Positions 28,514 through 37,227 of a stretch of DNA of 64,000 nucleotides are shown one piece after another. A program made the translations under genes and the position numbers. Every line of letters begins with the position of its first letter. Within the stretch, counting starts at the first letter, position 1. The DNA lies in the NCBI GenBank assembly GCA_020722745.1, contig DYKF01000001.1, positions 52,286-116,285 of the forward strand, in the 5' to 3' direction. The DNA comes from Caldithrix sp. Its GTDB lineage: Bacteria; Spirochaetota; Leptospiria; Turneriellales; Turneriellaceae. The notes beneath the pieces are model-generated. The model was not told the DNA's origin and searched no databases. It was given only the letters and a program-made list of their open reading frames with translations.

Positions 28514-29035
28514 ATGTCCGCTGCAGCCGCAATTTTTGCCGTCATCACCGGATTATTGGGTCTATCTGCCGCACTAGCCATGCACACCAATCAAAGTCTA
28601 ACATTGTCGCCGCTACAGTCTGGCTACATCCAGTTCTCTCAACCAAATGGGAATGTATGGAACATATACGCCGGCACCATTCTCGATCCGGACGGCATTC
28701 TCCAAAGACCGGACGGGAAATACCTTTCTGTATCTTCCGAAGGGATTTGCTCTGTGTTTGATAAACGCGGTCGGCTGATAGAACAAACAAACCTGCCAGA
28801 GGGAACCGCCCTTAAACCGACAGAAATGACTCGGGGCAAAATTCTTCTTGCAGGAATCAGTGGAGGCGTGTATCTGATCGATACTCGCACCTGCCTCCCG
28901 GTTGCCTCTAAAAAACTTCCTGAAATTGTGCTGAGCGTGCATGCAGAAAATGGAGATCCGTTAATAAAAACCAGAAGTGGCGATTTCAGACTCATCATTG
29001 ACGCAAACCGAATTCTTGTTCAAAAAAGAACATGA
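28514..29035 (+). CDS. Hypothetical membrane-anchored protein
   Basis: ORF track starts at 28376 and overlaps the divergent gene. ATG at 28514 (MSAAAAIFAVITGLLGLSAALAM) gives an N-terminal TM anchor. No family recognised. Confidence 0.5.
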   Translation: MSAAAAIFAVITGLLGLSAALAMHTNQSLTLSPLQSGYIQFSQPNGNVWNIYAGTILDPDGILQRPDGKYLSVSSEGICSVFDKRGRLIEQTNLPEGTALKPTEMTRGKILLAGISGGVYLIDTRTCLPVASKKLPEIVLSVHAENGDPLIKTRSGDFRLIIDANRILVQKRT

Positions 29036-29065
29036 CAATAGAACTAATAAATTAGGAGATAAAAC

Positions 29066-31066
29066 ATGAAAGCATTGAAATTAACTGCACTATTGCTGGC
29101 AACCGTCGCGTTGTCATCCTGTGCCCCAAAAGATAAAGAGAAACCGCTGTCTGCCACAGTTGTTTTTCTTCTCGGAAAGGCAGAAATTGACCGGGGAAGC
29201 GCAGGCAGTCCCGTAGCCATGAAAACCGGAGATGTCATTGCTGTGACAGACACCATTCGTGGTCTGACCGCAGCGACAGCCATTGACCTCCAGATTGGAG
29301 ACACTTCCCGCCTCAAGGTAAAAGGCGAAAGCGAACTCAAAATGGAAAAGCTGTCTTCTGTAAACGGGAAAGACCAGGCAACCATGCAAATGGCTCTCGG
29401 TAAAGCTCTCGTAAAACCTAAAAAGCTCCAGGATGGTGAATCTTTTGTGATTTCTACGCCAACCGCTGTTGCGGGTGTTCGTGGAACGAGCTTTGTTATA
29501 GAAACGAATGCAGACAAAAAAACGGTCGTAACCGTTACAGAGGGCAAAGTTCTCATGAAAAAGAATCTGCCTGCGATAGAAGCTGCCTCCGAAGAAAACA
29601 GAAATCTGTCTGCTATTCTCGACCAGGCCCTCGAAGAGGCTGAGAGCGGCGAAGTAATAGAAGCAAACCAGTCTGCTGCTGTCACAGAAGAAGAAGTTCA
29701 GGAAACAACAAAAGTCATCGAAGAAATGGCTCAGATTGTAGAAGAAGTTAAGGCTGAACAAATACAAACCGGTGGCGAAACGACAAGCAAAGAATTAGCC
29801 GCTGCCACACAGCGCAAAGTCGATGAGAAGATTGTAGAAAAAATGGAGCTCCCACCAGAAATTCTTACCGCAGCGACACTTTCTCCCGAACAAAAAGCGG
29901 AAACGGCTCCGGTTTCTGTATTTAAGCCCATAGAAGTAAAGCAGGCAGAGCCAGCAGCGATTTCAGAAGAAGACCGCAAAGAACTCGAAGAACTGAAACC
30001 ACTCAAAATGACAGAAGCGACGCCGGTAACAACTCCAGAAGAAGTGGCTGCTCCGGTTGAGGAGACAAAATTAGTTTCAGAACCTGTAGAAATAGAAGTG
30101 GAAAAAGCGACTAAAGCGGGTGTTCAAAACAGAGTTGCATTTACTGGAAATTCTCCAGCTGTTTCCGGCAACACAATCCTGCTCGCATCTCCCCGCGCTC
30201 TCTTCGCTTTCCACACAGAATCCATGAAACAGAAGTGGAGTTATTCGGTGCCCGAAGGAATTCTCAGCTCGCCCGCTATCCACGATGGCCTCGCCTATAT
30301 TCTAAGCCGAAACGGTGTGATGCACTCCATCGATATTGCCAACGGAACGGCAAAATGGACAGCCAGCGCAGAAACAACTGCCTTTGATGCCAAACCCGTT
30401 TTCCTTTCAGGAAAAATGCTGCTCGGCTTTGCCAGTGGCAACGTGATTGCATTTGACGTGAAATCTGGAAAACAACTCTGGAAAAAGAATCTTGAGTCTG
30501 CCGTGTACGGCTCTCTCAGTTCATCTGGCACAAGCATTTTCCTGACCACCATGAATAACACGGTATGGGCTCTCGACTCATCGAGTGGGACTGTACAGTG
30601 GAAATATACTCCCGAGAACAGAATGCCCGGTGGGAAAATTCTTTACAGCAATGACAAGGTTGTTCTCTCCTCTTTCAACAACTCTGTGTTTGCACTCAAA
30701 ACAAAGTCTGGCAAAATTGCCTGGGAGAAAAAACTCTCCGGAACACCCGTATCGCATCCCGTTTCGGCCAATGGCAATGCAATTGTTGCTACCACCGATG
30801 GCTCCATCTACAAACTGAATGCGGACAATGGTGCCATTCAATGGCAGAAGAACATAGGGACAGCTATACGCATTGCTCCTGAAGTTACCCAGGATTCTGT
30901 TTATGCGGCTGCGGAGAATACTATTTTCCGCCTTTCCCTCTCTTCCGGGGACCTCGTTTCACAGAAAGAGCTGAAGAGCAAAATTACCAGTGGACTCGCC
31001 ATAGACAGCGCATCCCAAGTGTACAGTGTAACAGGAAAAGGAAATCTGCAGAGAACAGGTTTCTAA
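29066..31066 (+). CDS. Lipoprotein with N-terminal FecR domain, acidic linker and C-terminal PQQ-like (BamB-like) beta-propeller
   Basis: 666 aa. Lipobox LLLATVALSSC. FecR-like block GDVIAVTD...STPTAVAGVRGTSFVIE. E/A/V-rich linker. Repeated PQQ-type blades (GVMHSIDIANGTAKW, VIAFDVKSGKQLW, VWALDSSSGTVQW, VFALKTKSGKIAW, IYKLNADNGAIQW). Confidence 0.85.
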   Translation: MKALKLTALLLATVALSSCAPKDKEKPLSATVVFLLGKAEIDRGSAGSPVAMKTGDVIAVTDTIRGLTAATAIDLQIGDTSRLKVKGESELKMEKLSSVNGKDQATMQMALGKALVKPKKLQDGESFVISTPTAVAGVRGTSFVIETNADKKTVVTVTEGKVLMKKNLPAIEAASEENRNLSAILDQALEEAESGEVIEANQSAAVTEEEVQETTKVIEEMAQIVEEVKAEQIQTGGETTSKELAAATQRKVDEKIVEKMELPPEILTAATLSPEQKAETAPVSVFKPIEVKQAEPAAISEEDRKELEELKPLKMTEATPVTTPEEVAAPVEETKLVSEPVEIEVEKATKAGVQNRVAFTGNSPAVSGNTILLASPRALFAFHTESMKQKWSYSVPEGILSSPAIHDGLAYILSRNGVMHSIDIANGTAKWTASAETTAFDAKPVFLSGKMLLGFASGNVIAFDVKSGKQLWKKNLESAVYGSLSSSGTSIFLTTMNNTVWALDSSSGTVQWKYTPENRMPGGKILYSNDKVVLSSFNNSVFALKTKSGKIAWEKKLSGTPVSHPVSANGNAIVATTDGSIYKLNADNGAIQWQKNIGTAIRIAPEVTQDSVYAAAENTIFRLSLSSGDLVSQKELKSKITSGLAIDSASQVYSVTGKGNLQRTGF

Positions 31067-31084
31067 TCCCGACACAATTCCGAT

Positions 31085-31116
31085 AAAAAAGGGGGCCCCG
31101 GTGGCCCCCTTTTTTT
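31085..31116. terminator. Bidirectional rho-independent terminator
   Basis: AAAAAA-GGGGGCC-ccggt-GGCCCCC-TTTTTTT between the convergent 29066..31066 (+) and hisF (-) genes. Confidence 0.85.
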
Positions 31117-31117
31117 G

Positions 31118-31177
31118 CAGCCTCTGAAAACCCTTCTGTGGACTTCTGCGACTTTTGCATTTACCCTACGGGTACAA
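31118..31177 (+). repeat. H-family repeat copy H3 (degenerate)
   Basis: GCCTCTGAAAACCCTTCTGTGGACTTCTGCGACTTTTGCATTTACCCTACGGGTACAAAA aligns with H2 through the blocks CTCTGAAAA, GTGGACTT, TTGC and GCATT(G/T)ACCCT(G/A)CGGG(G/T)ACA. Confidence 0.65.
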
Positions 31178-31226
31178 AACCCAGAGGCGAAAACTCTCGA
31201 TACCCTTAATACGCTGGATCCGAAAG

Positions 31227-31991
31227 CTAATCTTCCACAGGGCGAACGGGAACATTATTTTCCCTAAGATATTGCTTTAACTCTGGAATACTGATCTCGC
31301 GGAAATGAAAAATGGAAGCAGCAAGAGCAGCCGTTGCCCCTCCCTCTGTAAAAGCTTTTTTGATATGTTCTTTGGTTCCTGCACCACCAGAAGCGATAAC
31401 AGGAATATGAACCGAAGAGGAAATTGCGCGAAGAAGATTCAGGTCATATCCACTTTTGGTGCCGTCTCTATCCATGCTCGTAAGCAGAATTTCTCCTGCT
31501 CCAAGTTTTTCTGCCTCTTTAGCCCACTCAACGGCATCTTTCCCTGTTGGTGTTCTTCCTCCATGTAAATACACCTCATAAAAAGTACCATTAAATTTGG
31601 CGTCAATTGCAACTACTATGCACTGGGAACCAAAATGCAGAGCACCCTGAGAAATAAGATCAGGATTTTCGAAGGCAGCCGTGTTGATGGCTACCTTGTC
31701 TGCACCCTCCCTCAGAATAAGGCGCATGTCTTCTAAAGAGCGTATTCCGCCACCTACGCAAAACGGGATAAAAATTTCTTCTGCGACATGTTTTACCATG
31801 TTCAGAATAATGGATCTTCTGTCAGACGATGCCGTTATATCGAGAAAGACGAGCTCATCGGCACCCTCTCTGTCATACAAGGCAGCGCTTGCGACCGGAT
31901 CTCCCGCATCAATAAGACTTACAAAATTAATTCCCTTAACTACCCTTCCATCTTTGACATCGAGACAGGGAATAATGCGCGGTGCTGACAT
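31227..31991 (-). CDS. hisF: Imidazole glycerol phosphate synthase cyclase subunit HisF
   Basis: 254 aa. [25 protein letters not shown] and ASGGAG motifs. Confidence 0.97.
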   Translation of the reverse strand: MSAPRIIPCLDVKDGRVVKGINFVSLIDAGDPVASAALYDREGADELVFLDITASSDRRSIILNMVKHVAEEIFIPFCVGGGIRSLEDMRLILREGADKVAINTAAFENPDLISQGALHFGSQCIVVAIDAKFNGTFYEVYLHGGRTPTGKDAVEWAKEAEKLGAGEILLTSMDRDGTKSGYDLNLLRAISSSVHIPVIASGGAGTKEHIKKAFTEGGATAALAASIFHFREISIPELKQYLRENNVPVRPVED

Positions 31992-32069
31992 ATGCGATTC
32001 CCATGTATGAATTTAGCGCGTCAATGGAAATTCATTGACAGGGAACCGCTCTGATTTTCCATCAGCATT

Positions 32070-32384
32070 ATGGGTTTAGGTGATATGAAAGATATGCTCT
32101 CTCAAATGAGAAACGCACAAAAACAAATGAAGGAAGTCCAGAAAAAACTGGAATCCATGCGTATTGTTTCAGAAACAGGCGGCGGAACGGTAAAGGCAAC
32201 GGTAGATGGTGAAGCAACTCTGGTAGATCTTCACATTGACGCTTCCCTTCTCAAAGAAAAAGAAATTTCCATGCTTCCCAGGCTCATTCTCAAAACAATT
32301 ACAGAAGCACAGAAAAAAGCTAAAAAAGAAGCAGCAAACAGCATGAAAGGCATGATGGGAGGAATGGGAATTCCTGGCCTCTAA
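32070..32384 (+). CDS. ybaB: YbaB/EbfC family nucleoid-associated protein
   Basis: 104 aa. MRNAQKQMKEVQKKLE...GGGTVKATVDG. Located immediately before recR, as is typical. Confidence 0.9.
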   Translation: MGLGDMKDMLSQMRNAQKQMKEVQKKLESMRIVSETGGGTVKATVDGEATLVDLHIDASLLKEKEISMLPRLILKTITEAQKKAKKEAANSMKGMMGGMGIPGL

Positions 32385-32977
32385 TGTCGCAACCATTGGA
32401 ACGGGCTACGGAGACTATTTCTTCTCTTCCTGGAATCGGAAGAAAGTCTGCACAGCGTATAGCCTTTTATCTCCTGAAACAGTCTCCTAAAAGCTTTGGG
32501 GATATTATGGAAAGCCTCAGGACTTTCTACGAGGAATCGGAATATTGTTCTGTTTGTGGCGCCCTTAAGGCACGGGAAGAGCCGTGCCGTTTTTGTTCTT
32601 CGGGAAGAAATTCAACCGTTTTGTGTGTAGTCGAATCGCCCTCCGATATTTTTGCCTTTGAAGCATCAGGAGAATACGGAGGGCTTTACCATGTTCTCGG
32701 AGGCGTTCTCTCTCCTCTCGATGGAGTCGGACCGACAGATCTGCGGCTCCAGGAATTAAAGCAGAGGATTGATGACAATGCAGGATTAGAAGAAATTATT
32801 GTGGCAACCAATCCCAGCGTAGAGGGCAATGCTACAGCTCATTATATCAAAAAAATGTTTGATGCCTATTCGCTTCGCATTACGCGCATTGCTGCTGGTC
32901 TTCCACTTGGTTCCCAGATTGAATACGCAGACCAACAAATGCTGGCGCACTCGCTGAGGCTTAGAACAGAAATATAA
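32384..32977 (+). CDS. recR: Recombination mediator RecR
   Basis: 197 aa. LPGIGRKSAQRIAFYLL HhH, C4 zinc finger CSVCG...CRFC, Toprim region LCVVESPSD. Confidence 0.95.
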   Translation: MSQPLERATETISSLPGIGRKSAQRIAFYLLKQSPKSFGDIMESLRTFYEESEYCSVCGALKAREEPCRFCSSGRNSTVLCVVESPSDIFAFEASGEYGGLYHVLGGVLSPLDGVGPTDLRLQELKQRIDDNAGLEEIIVATNPSVEGNATAHYIKKMFDAYSLRITRIAAGLPLGSQIEYADQQMLAHSLRLRTEI

Positions 32978-32985
32978 AAGTAGCG

Positions 32986-33693
32986 TCAGCGCAGACTGTC
33001 TAACCTGCGCAGACCTTCAGAATCCTTTTTATCTTCCAGAATTTTGCGCAGCTTTTTTCGAGCAGCCTCATTAGAAGGATCCAGAGTCAACTGTTCCCAC
33101 AAAGCTTCTTCTTCGGATACCGGTACAGCTTTGGCACTTCTTTCTGAGGGAAGACCCATAGCCATCATGGCCGCCGGTTCCTGTATGGCCGCGACGGGTT
33201 CCTGTTCCTGAATAGTAGACGGAGAAGAAGACGCGATATTCTTTGAAGTTTTTTGAACTGGCGGAGAAACTTTCGCTAAAGCAGCAGATTCTTGAGCAGA
33301 GCTTTCCTTCGCTTCTTCTTGCGAGACGTTATCTTCAGAGGACTCTGAAACGACAGGCTGGTGGGAAGATTCCGCAGACTTGCGAATAAAAACCAGCGAA
33401 ACGGCGAACAAAACGAGAGCGGCAGCGGGTATACCCAGCCACATCATTCCAGGACGAGAATTTTTCTTTTGCGGAATTTTAACATTGAAAGGTAAAGCTA
33501 CAGAGCGGGCTTCCGCAAAAAGAGAAAAGAAAACGGCATCCTCCTTTTTCCAGTCTTCGATGATGGCAATATTGGGCTCCAATTCCGGACAATTGCGACG
33601 CATTGCGGCAAGCTCTTCTTCCGATACAAGATCCGGATTATCCTGATATTCTCTTATTTTTTTTTCCAGATCATTGCAGTTCAAAAGAATCAC
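32986..33693 (-). CDS. Putative anti-sigma factor (single-pass membrane protein)
   Basis: 235 aa. Overlaps the 3' end of the ECF sigma gene by 23 nt. Cytoplasmic N-domain, one TM (MMWLGIPAAALVLFAVSLVFI), S/E/A-rich extracytoplasmic part. The call rests on context and topology only. Confidence 0.55.
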   Translation of the reverse strand: MILLNCNDLEKKIREYQDNPDLVSEEELAAMRRNCPELEPNIAIIEDWKKEDAVFFSLFAEARSVALPFNVKIPQKKNSRPGMMWLGIPAAALVLFAVSLVFIRKSAESSHQPVVSESSEDNVSQEEAKESSAQESAALAKVSPPVQKTSKNIASSSPSTIQEQEPVAAIQEPAAMMAMGLPSERSAKAVPVSEEEALWEQLTLDPSNEAARKKLRKILEDKKDSEGLRRLDSLR

Positions 33694-34207
33694 CTCCTAT
33701 TCCAAGTTTTTCCAGCTCAGCGCGCAGAACCCGCCTCGCCTGGTTGAGCCTCGATTTCACGGTCCCTGGATTGATATCCAGTATTTTACTGATTTCCTCT
33801 ATTTTCAGAGCTGAAAAGTAGCGAAGATAAACCAGCTGGCGTAAATTATCGTCCAACTGGTTCACAGTATTCATAAGACGTTCTACCGTGTCGTTGCGTT
33901 CTGTTTTTTTTTCGGGCGTTTCACGGGTATCCGAATATTCCACAGGTGACTCCTCCAGCGCTTTTTCACGCCGTCTTGCTGCCTTGCGCTGCTCGTCCCG
34001 GATATAATTGATGAGAATGGTCGTGAGCCAGGTAGATAACTGAGCCTCGCCCCGAAAAGAATGCAGTCGGTGGGCTCCTTTGACGATGGCTTCCTGAACG
34101 GCATCCCGCGCATCCTCTTCGTTGCGAAGCTGCGCGTACGCTGTCCAATAAAGGCGCTCGTAATACTGCATGGCAGCGTCGTAATACCGCGTGTGGTCAA
34201 TCTGCAT
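33671..34207 (-). CDS. ECF (sigma-70 family) RNA polymerase sigma factor
   Basis: ORF track extends to 34366 inside ribD. ATG at 34207 (MQIDHTRYYD...) overlaps the ribD stop by 11 nt. Region 2 (EDARDAVQEAIVKGAHRLHSFRGEAQLSTWLTTILINYIRDEQRK) and region 4 HTH (LVYLRYFSALKIEEISKILDINPGTVKSRLNQARR). Confidence 0.85.
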   Translation of the reverse strand: MQIDHTRYYDAAMQYYERLYWTAYAQLRNEEDARDAVQEAIVKGAHRLHSFRGEAQLSTWLTTILINYIRDEQRKAARRREKALEESPVEYSDTRETPEKKTERNDTVERLMNTVNQLDDNLRQLVYLRYFSALKIEEISKILDINPGTVKSRLNQARRVLRAELEKLGIGGDSFELQ

Positions 34208-35381
34208 CTGCTTTCTCCAGAAAAAGCATGTCTGCATCTTCATACAGAATATGCTCCCGTAATTTCCAACCGTCCGGGATTTGCCGTGCCATGGTGAGCG
34301 ATATTGCATTGCCCCGTCCCTCTGGCAAGTAAGATTGCGTGCGAAACACAACGAGATAGTCGACAATTCCAGAGCTTAGCAATACATCCGAGGCCCCAGG
34401 ACCAGCTTCCAAAAAAATATGATTCAGCTCTGGCAGATGCGGACTGTTCATTAAATTTTTCAAAGAAGGAAGGGGAAAAATGTTGTGACCAGATAACGAG
34501 CGCACCGATACAGCAGGGGGCACGCCAAAATAGTTTTCACCGTCGGCCATTTCCAGCTCCCGTATCCAATCGCTGGTTTCACTTTTTTCATAAAAATCTG
34601 CATTCTGCGGCAGTAAATAAAATCGCTCCGTTGGCCTTTCGTGAGCCAAACCATTGTCACGGAGTTTTAATATTCTGCGCAAAGGCGTGTCGCCGGGCAT
34701 TCCCGCAAGCGAGCATTGCCCTGGACGGGATGTAAGGCGTGGATAATCGATCCGTATTGTCCCGGGGGTTGCCCCGATAAAATGGAAAAGCGAGCGCAAA
34801 CGATGCATAATCTCCATGGAACAAGGGCCGGACAATTTTCCCGATGGCCTTCCCGCAATGCCAATATGTCCTTCGATAGACTGCGCCCATTTGAGAATGA
34901 GTGCCGGCCTTCCCCGCTTTAACCTCCGCAGAAAAGGGCCCGTTGTCCAAAAGACTTGTTCTTCGAATGTTTTCTCTCCCGTTTGCTCGGCAAAAATTCC
35001 ACGGGTAAGAAACGCATCAAAGGCATTCCCATTTTGTTTTGGATTGGGATCCCTGCTTGCCGCATAGACGGCTCCAATTTCTGCCTGCTGGATTGCGAGG
35101 CTGCATGGGGGGGTTCTACCAAAATGGGTACAGGGCTCTAATGTAACAAACAGTGTGCTGCCCTTCACTTTATCCGGAAAAGAGCTGCGCGCCTGCTCTA
35201 TGGCGTTCACTTCGGCGTGGTTCGCACCAGGTTCTCCCGTGTGTCCCCTGCCTATTATCTGCCCATCTGCTGAGAGCAGAAAGGCTCCTACAGCGGGATT
35301 GGGTTCGGATTTTCCGACAGCACGAAACGCCTCTTCAAAGGCAAGGCGCATGTAGCGCTGAATTTCTCCGGAAGAAAACAA
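34197..35381 (-). CDS. ribD: Bifunctional riboflavin biosynthesis protein RibD (deaminase/reductase)
   Basis: 394 aa. CMP/dCMP deaminase zinc motifs HAEVNAI and TLEPCTHFGRTPPC. C-terminal RibD_C reductase domain. Confidence 0.9.
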   Translation of the reverse strand: MFSSGEIQRYMRLAFEEAFRAVGKSEPNPAVGAFLLSADGQIIGRGHTGEPGANHAEVNAIEQARSSFPDKVKGSTLFVTLEPCTHFGRTPPCSLAIQQAEIGAVYAASRDPNPKQNGNAFDAFLTRGIFAEQTGEKTFEEQVFWTTGPFLRRLKRGRPALILKWAQSIEGHIGIAGRPSGKLSGPCSMEIMHRLRSLFHFIGATPGTIRIDYPRLTSRPGQCSLAGMPGDTPLRRILKLRDNGLAHERPTERFYLLPQNADFYEKSETSDWIRELEMADGENYFGVPPAVSVRSLSGHNIFPLPSLKNLMNSPHLPELNHIFLEAGPGASDVLLSSGIVDYLVVFRTQSYLPEGRGNAISLTMARQIPDGWKLREHILYEDADMLFLEKADAD

Positions 35382-35384
35382 TGT

Positions 35385-35864
35385 TTAGTCTTCGTACTGG
35401 ATCTCGTCTACAGCGTACAGAAGATAATCAAGTTCGACGAGAATAATCACCTGGTCTTCTAATTTGGCGACACCGCGAACCAGTGCCCGAGTTCTGTCAG
35501 AAACCATGTCGGGATTTCCTTCTATGGAAGATACGGGAACGTTGACGACACGGGTTACCTCATCGACAACCATGCCAACCAGTTTATCGCGGTGGTTTAC
35601 CACAATCACTCGAGTTGTGTCGTTATAGTTAAGCGGGTCGAGATTAAATTTTTCGCGAAGTCCGACAACGGGAATTATATTTCCTCTGAGATTCATAACT
35701 CCCAAAATAAACTTGGGAGCTCGAGGCAGCTTTTTAATGGACTTCATTCGAATTACTTCCTGGATACGCTCTATCTCCAAGCCATATTCTTCGCGCCCTA
35801 CGGAGAATACTATCAATTGAACAGTATTTCCTGTTATGCTTTTTAGTTCGTTTTCTTCGCTCAC
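35385..35864 (-). CDS. cheW: Chemotaxis coupling protein CheW
   Basis: 159 aa. Typical CheW fold sequence: QLIVFSVGREEYGLEIERIQEVIR...VMNLRGNIIPVVGLREKF. Confidence 0.9.
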   Translation of the reverse strand: MSEENELKSITGNTVQLIVFSVGREEYGLEIERIQEVIRMKSIKKLPRAPKFILGVMNLRGNIIPVVGLREKFNLDPLNYNDTTRVIVVNHRDKLVGMVVDEVTRVVNVPVSSIEGNPDMVSDRTRALVRGVAKLEDQVIILVELDYLLYAVDEIQYED

Positions 35865-35876
35865 GGTTGTATCCTG

Positions 35877-36479
35877 TTATATAGTGTTCTCTTCGTCATT
35901 TTCCGGCAAATCGAGAGTATTTTCTTCTATCGTGTTATCGTCTTTATACATTTTGTAAAGCACTAGTCCGGCAATCACGGAATTGTTTATTCCCACCCAA
36001 ACAATATTCAGATGATTCATGACCAAGAGAGAAACACCTTGGGCCATAACTGCTGCTGATATTCCCGTAAAGAAAAGTGTATTGCGGCTAAAAAGACCTT
36101 CATAGACAGCCTTGCCCAGGTTCTGCAATGTCCATGCCTTACCCTCCAGACGGGATTGCACGTAGGGTAGACTTAAGAATAGAAGGACGGGGTACAGAGC
36201 AGAATTAAAGATGAAATCTTCCCGATGATCCCCGAATACTGCCCCCGTGTGAACGAGTAGTAGTCCAAGCAATGTCCCTACGGAAAGGAATACGATGGCA
36301 TTCACAGATTTGGGATTGAACAGGCTGTGCAGCTCTACCAGTATGTACTGGTGCGGAAAAATAATCTCTGACTTTAGAATTTCTTCCTGTTGCCTCATAA
36401 AAATTTTCCTGAAATAATTAAACAGCAGAAGCGTAGCAAATGTGAGGGCAAACAGAAAAATAAAGAGAAGTAATTCCAT
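35877..36479 (-). CDS. Hypothetical polytopic membrane protein
   Basis: 200 aa. About 5 hydrophobic helices and an acidic C-terminal tail. First gene of the cheW-ribD-sigma string (12-nt gap to cheW). Confidence 0.6.
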   Translation of the reverse strand: MELLLFIFLFALTFATLLLFNYFRKIFMRQQEEILKSEIIFPHQYILVELHSLFNPKSVNAIVFLSVGTLLGLLLVHTGAVFGDHREDFIFNSALYPVLLFLSLPYVQSRLEGKAWTLQNLGKAVYEGLFSRNTLFFTGISAAVMAQGVSLLVMNHLNIVWVGINNSVIAGLVLYKMYKDDNTIEENTLDLPENDEENTI

Positions 36480-36558
36480 TGTTGTGCCCGTTTACATCCG
36501 GCCCTTGGGGATTCAACTATTTTTCTTGTCCCTTTGTAAACAAAAACACTCGTGGTCT

Positions 36559-37227
36559 ATGCTTTCCAACAGAATTTTTCGTTTTCTGACCATCTTTGTA
36601 TCTGCACTTCCGCTGTTTGCTTCCACTATCGAGTATCCAAATTCAACTCCCGATGCTGTGCTTGCTGTCCAGGAGAATACGTTCAAGCGCCTTGGAATAC
36701 AGACTTTTCCTCGTGAAGAAATGGATGGATTTCTATACCATTACAGCCCCGGCTTTTTTTCCCCATTTCCCGTACATTCTTATATTGGGACTTTCGGCGG
36801 CCTCACGGTTCTGCGCATCGAAGGCAGCCCCGGACAAGAGAAAGTTTTCAGAGAAATATTTGAAAGCCAGTTAAATCCGGATTCAACGCTGTACAGCAAA
36901 AGTTACGGGAAAAAAATTCCCGGGATTGGTCCCCTTCTCACCCTTGTTTCTCCGGCCTTAGGGCATATCTATGCGTATTCCTACTCTCCGTTTGGCAATA
37001 CATTGCAAACGGCCCTGTCCGCCACATCATTGCTTCTCACAGACGCAATGTTGTTCTGGGTGGGCTCCAAGACATTCTTTACACATTCCATTGACCCCTT
37101 CGATAGAGGACTCATCGCTACTTCTATTCTGATGGGTGGTTTTCGCGTGGCATCTCTCTACTATAACTTTCGTGCAGAAGAAAGGCACAACCGCGTTGTA
37201 GAAGCTGGATTCCGGTTCAGCTATTAA
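36559..37227 (+). CDS. Hypothetical membrane/secreted protein
   Basis: ORF track starts at 36442, overlapping the divergent gene. ATG at 36559 (MLSNRIFRFLTIFVSALPLFAS) gives a signal peptide. C-terminal hydrophobic helices. Confidence 0.55.
   Translation: MLSNRIFRFLTIFVSALPLFASTIEYPNSTPDAVLAVQENTFKRLGIQTFPREEMDGFLYHYSPGFFSPFPVHSYIGTFGGLTVLRIEGSPGQEKVFREIFESQLNPDSTLYSKSYGKKIPGIGPLLTLVSPALGHIYAYSYSPFGNTLQTALSATSLLLTDAMLFWVGSKTFFTHSIDPFDRGLIATSILMGGFRVASLYYNFRAEERHNRVVEAGFRFSY

Noticed and set aside
29044-29767. Two overlapping 213- and 217-aa minus-strand ORFs
   Set aside because: Both are antisense to the well-supported FecR-PQQ lipoprotein gene. Their sequences are low-complexity (S/A/F/C-rich) with no start context.
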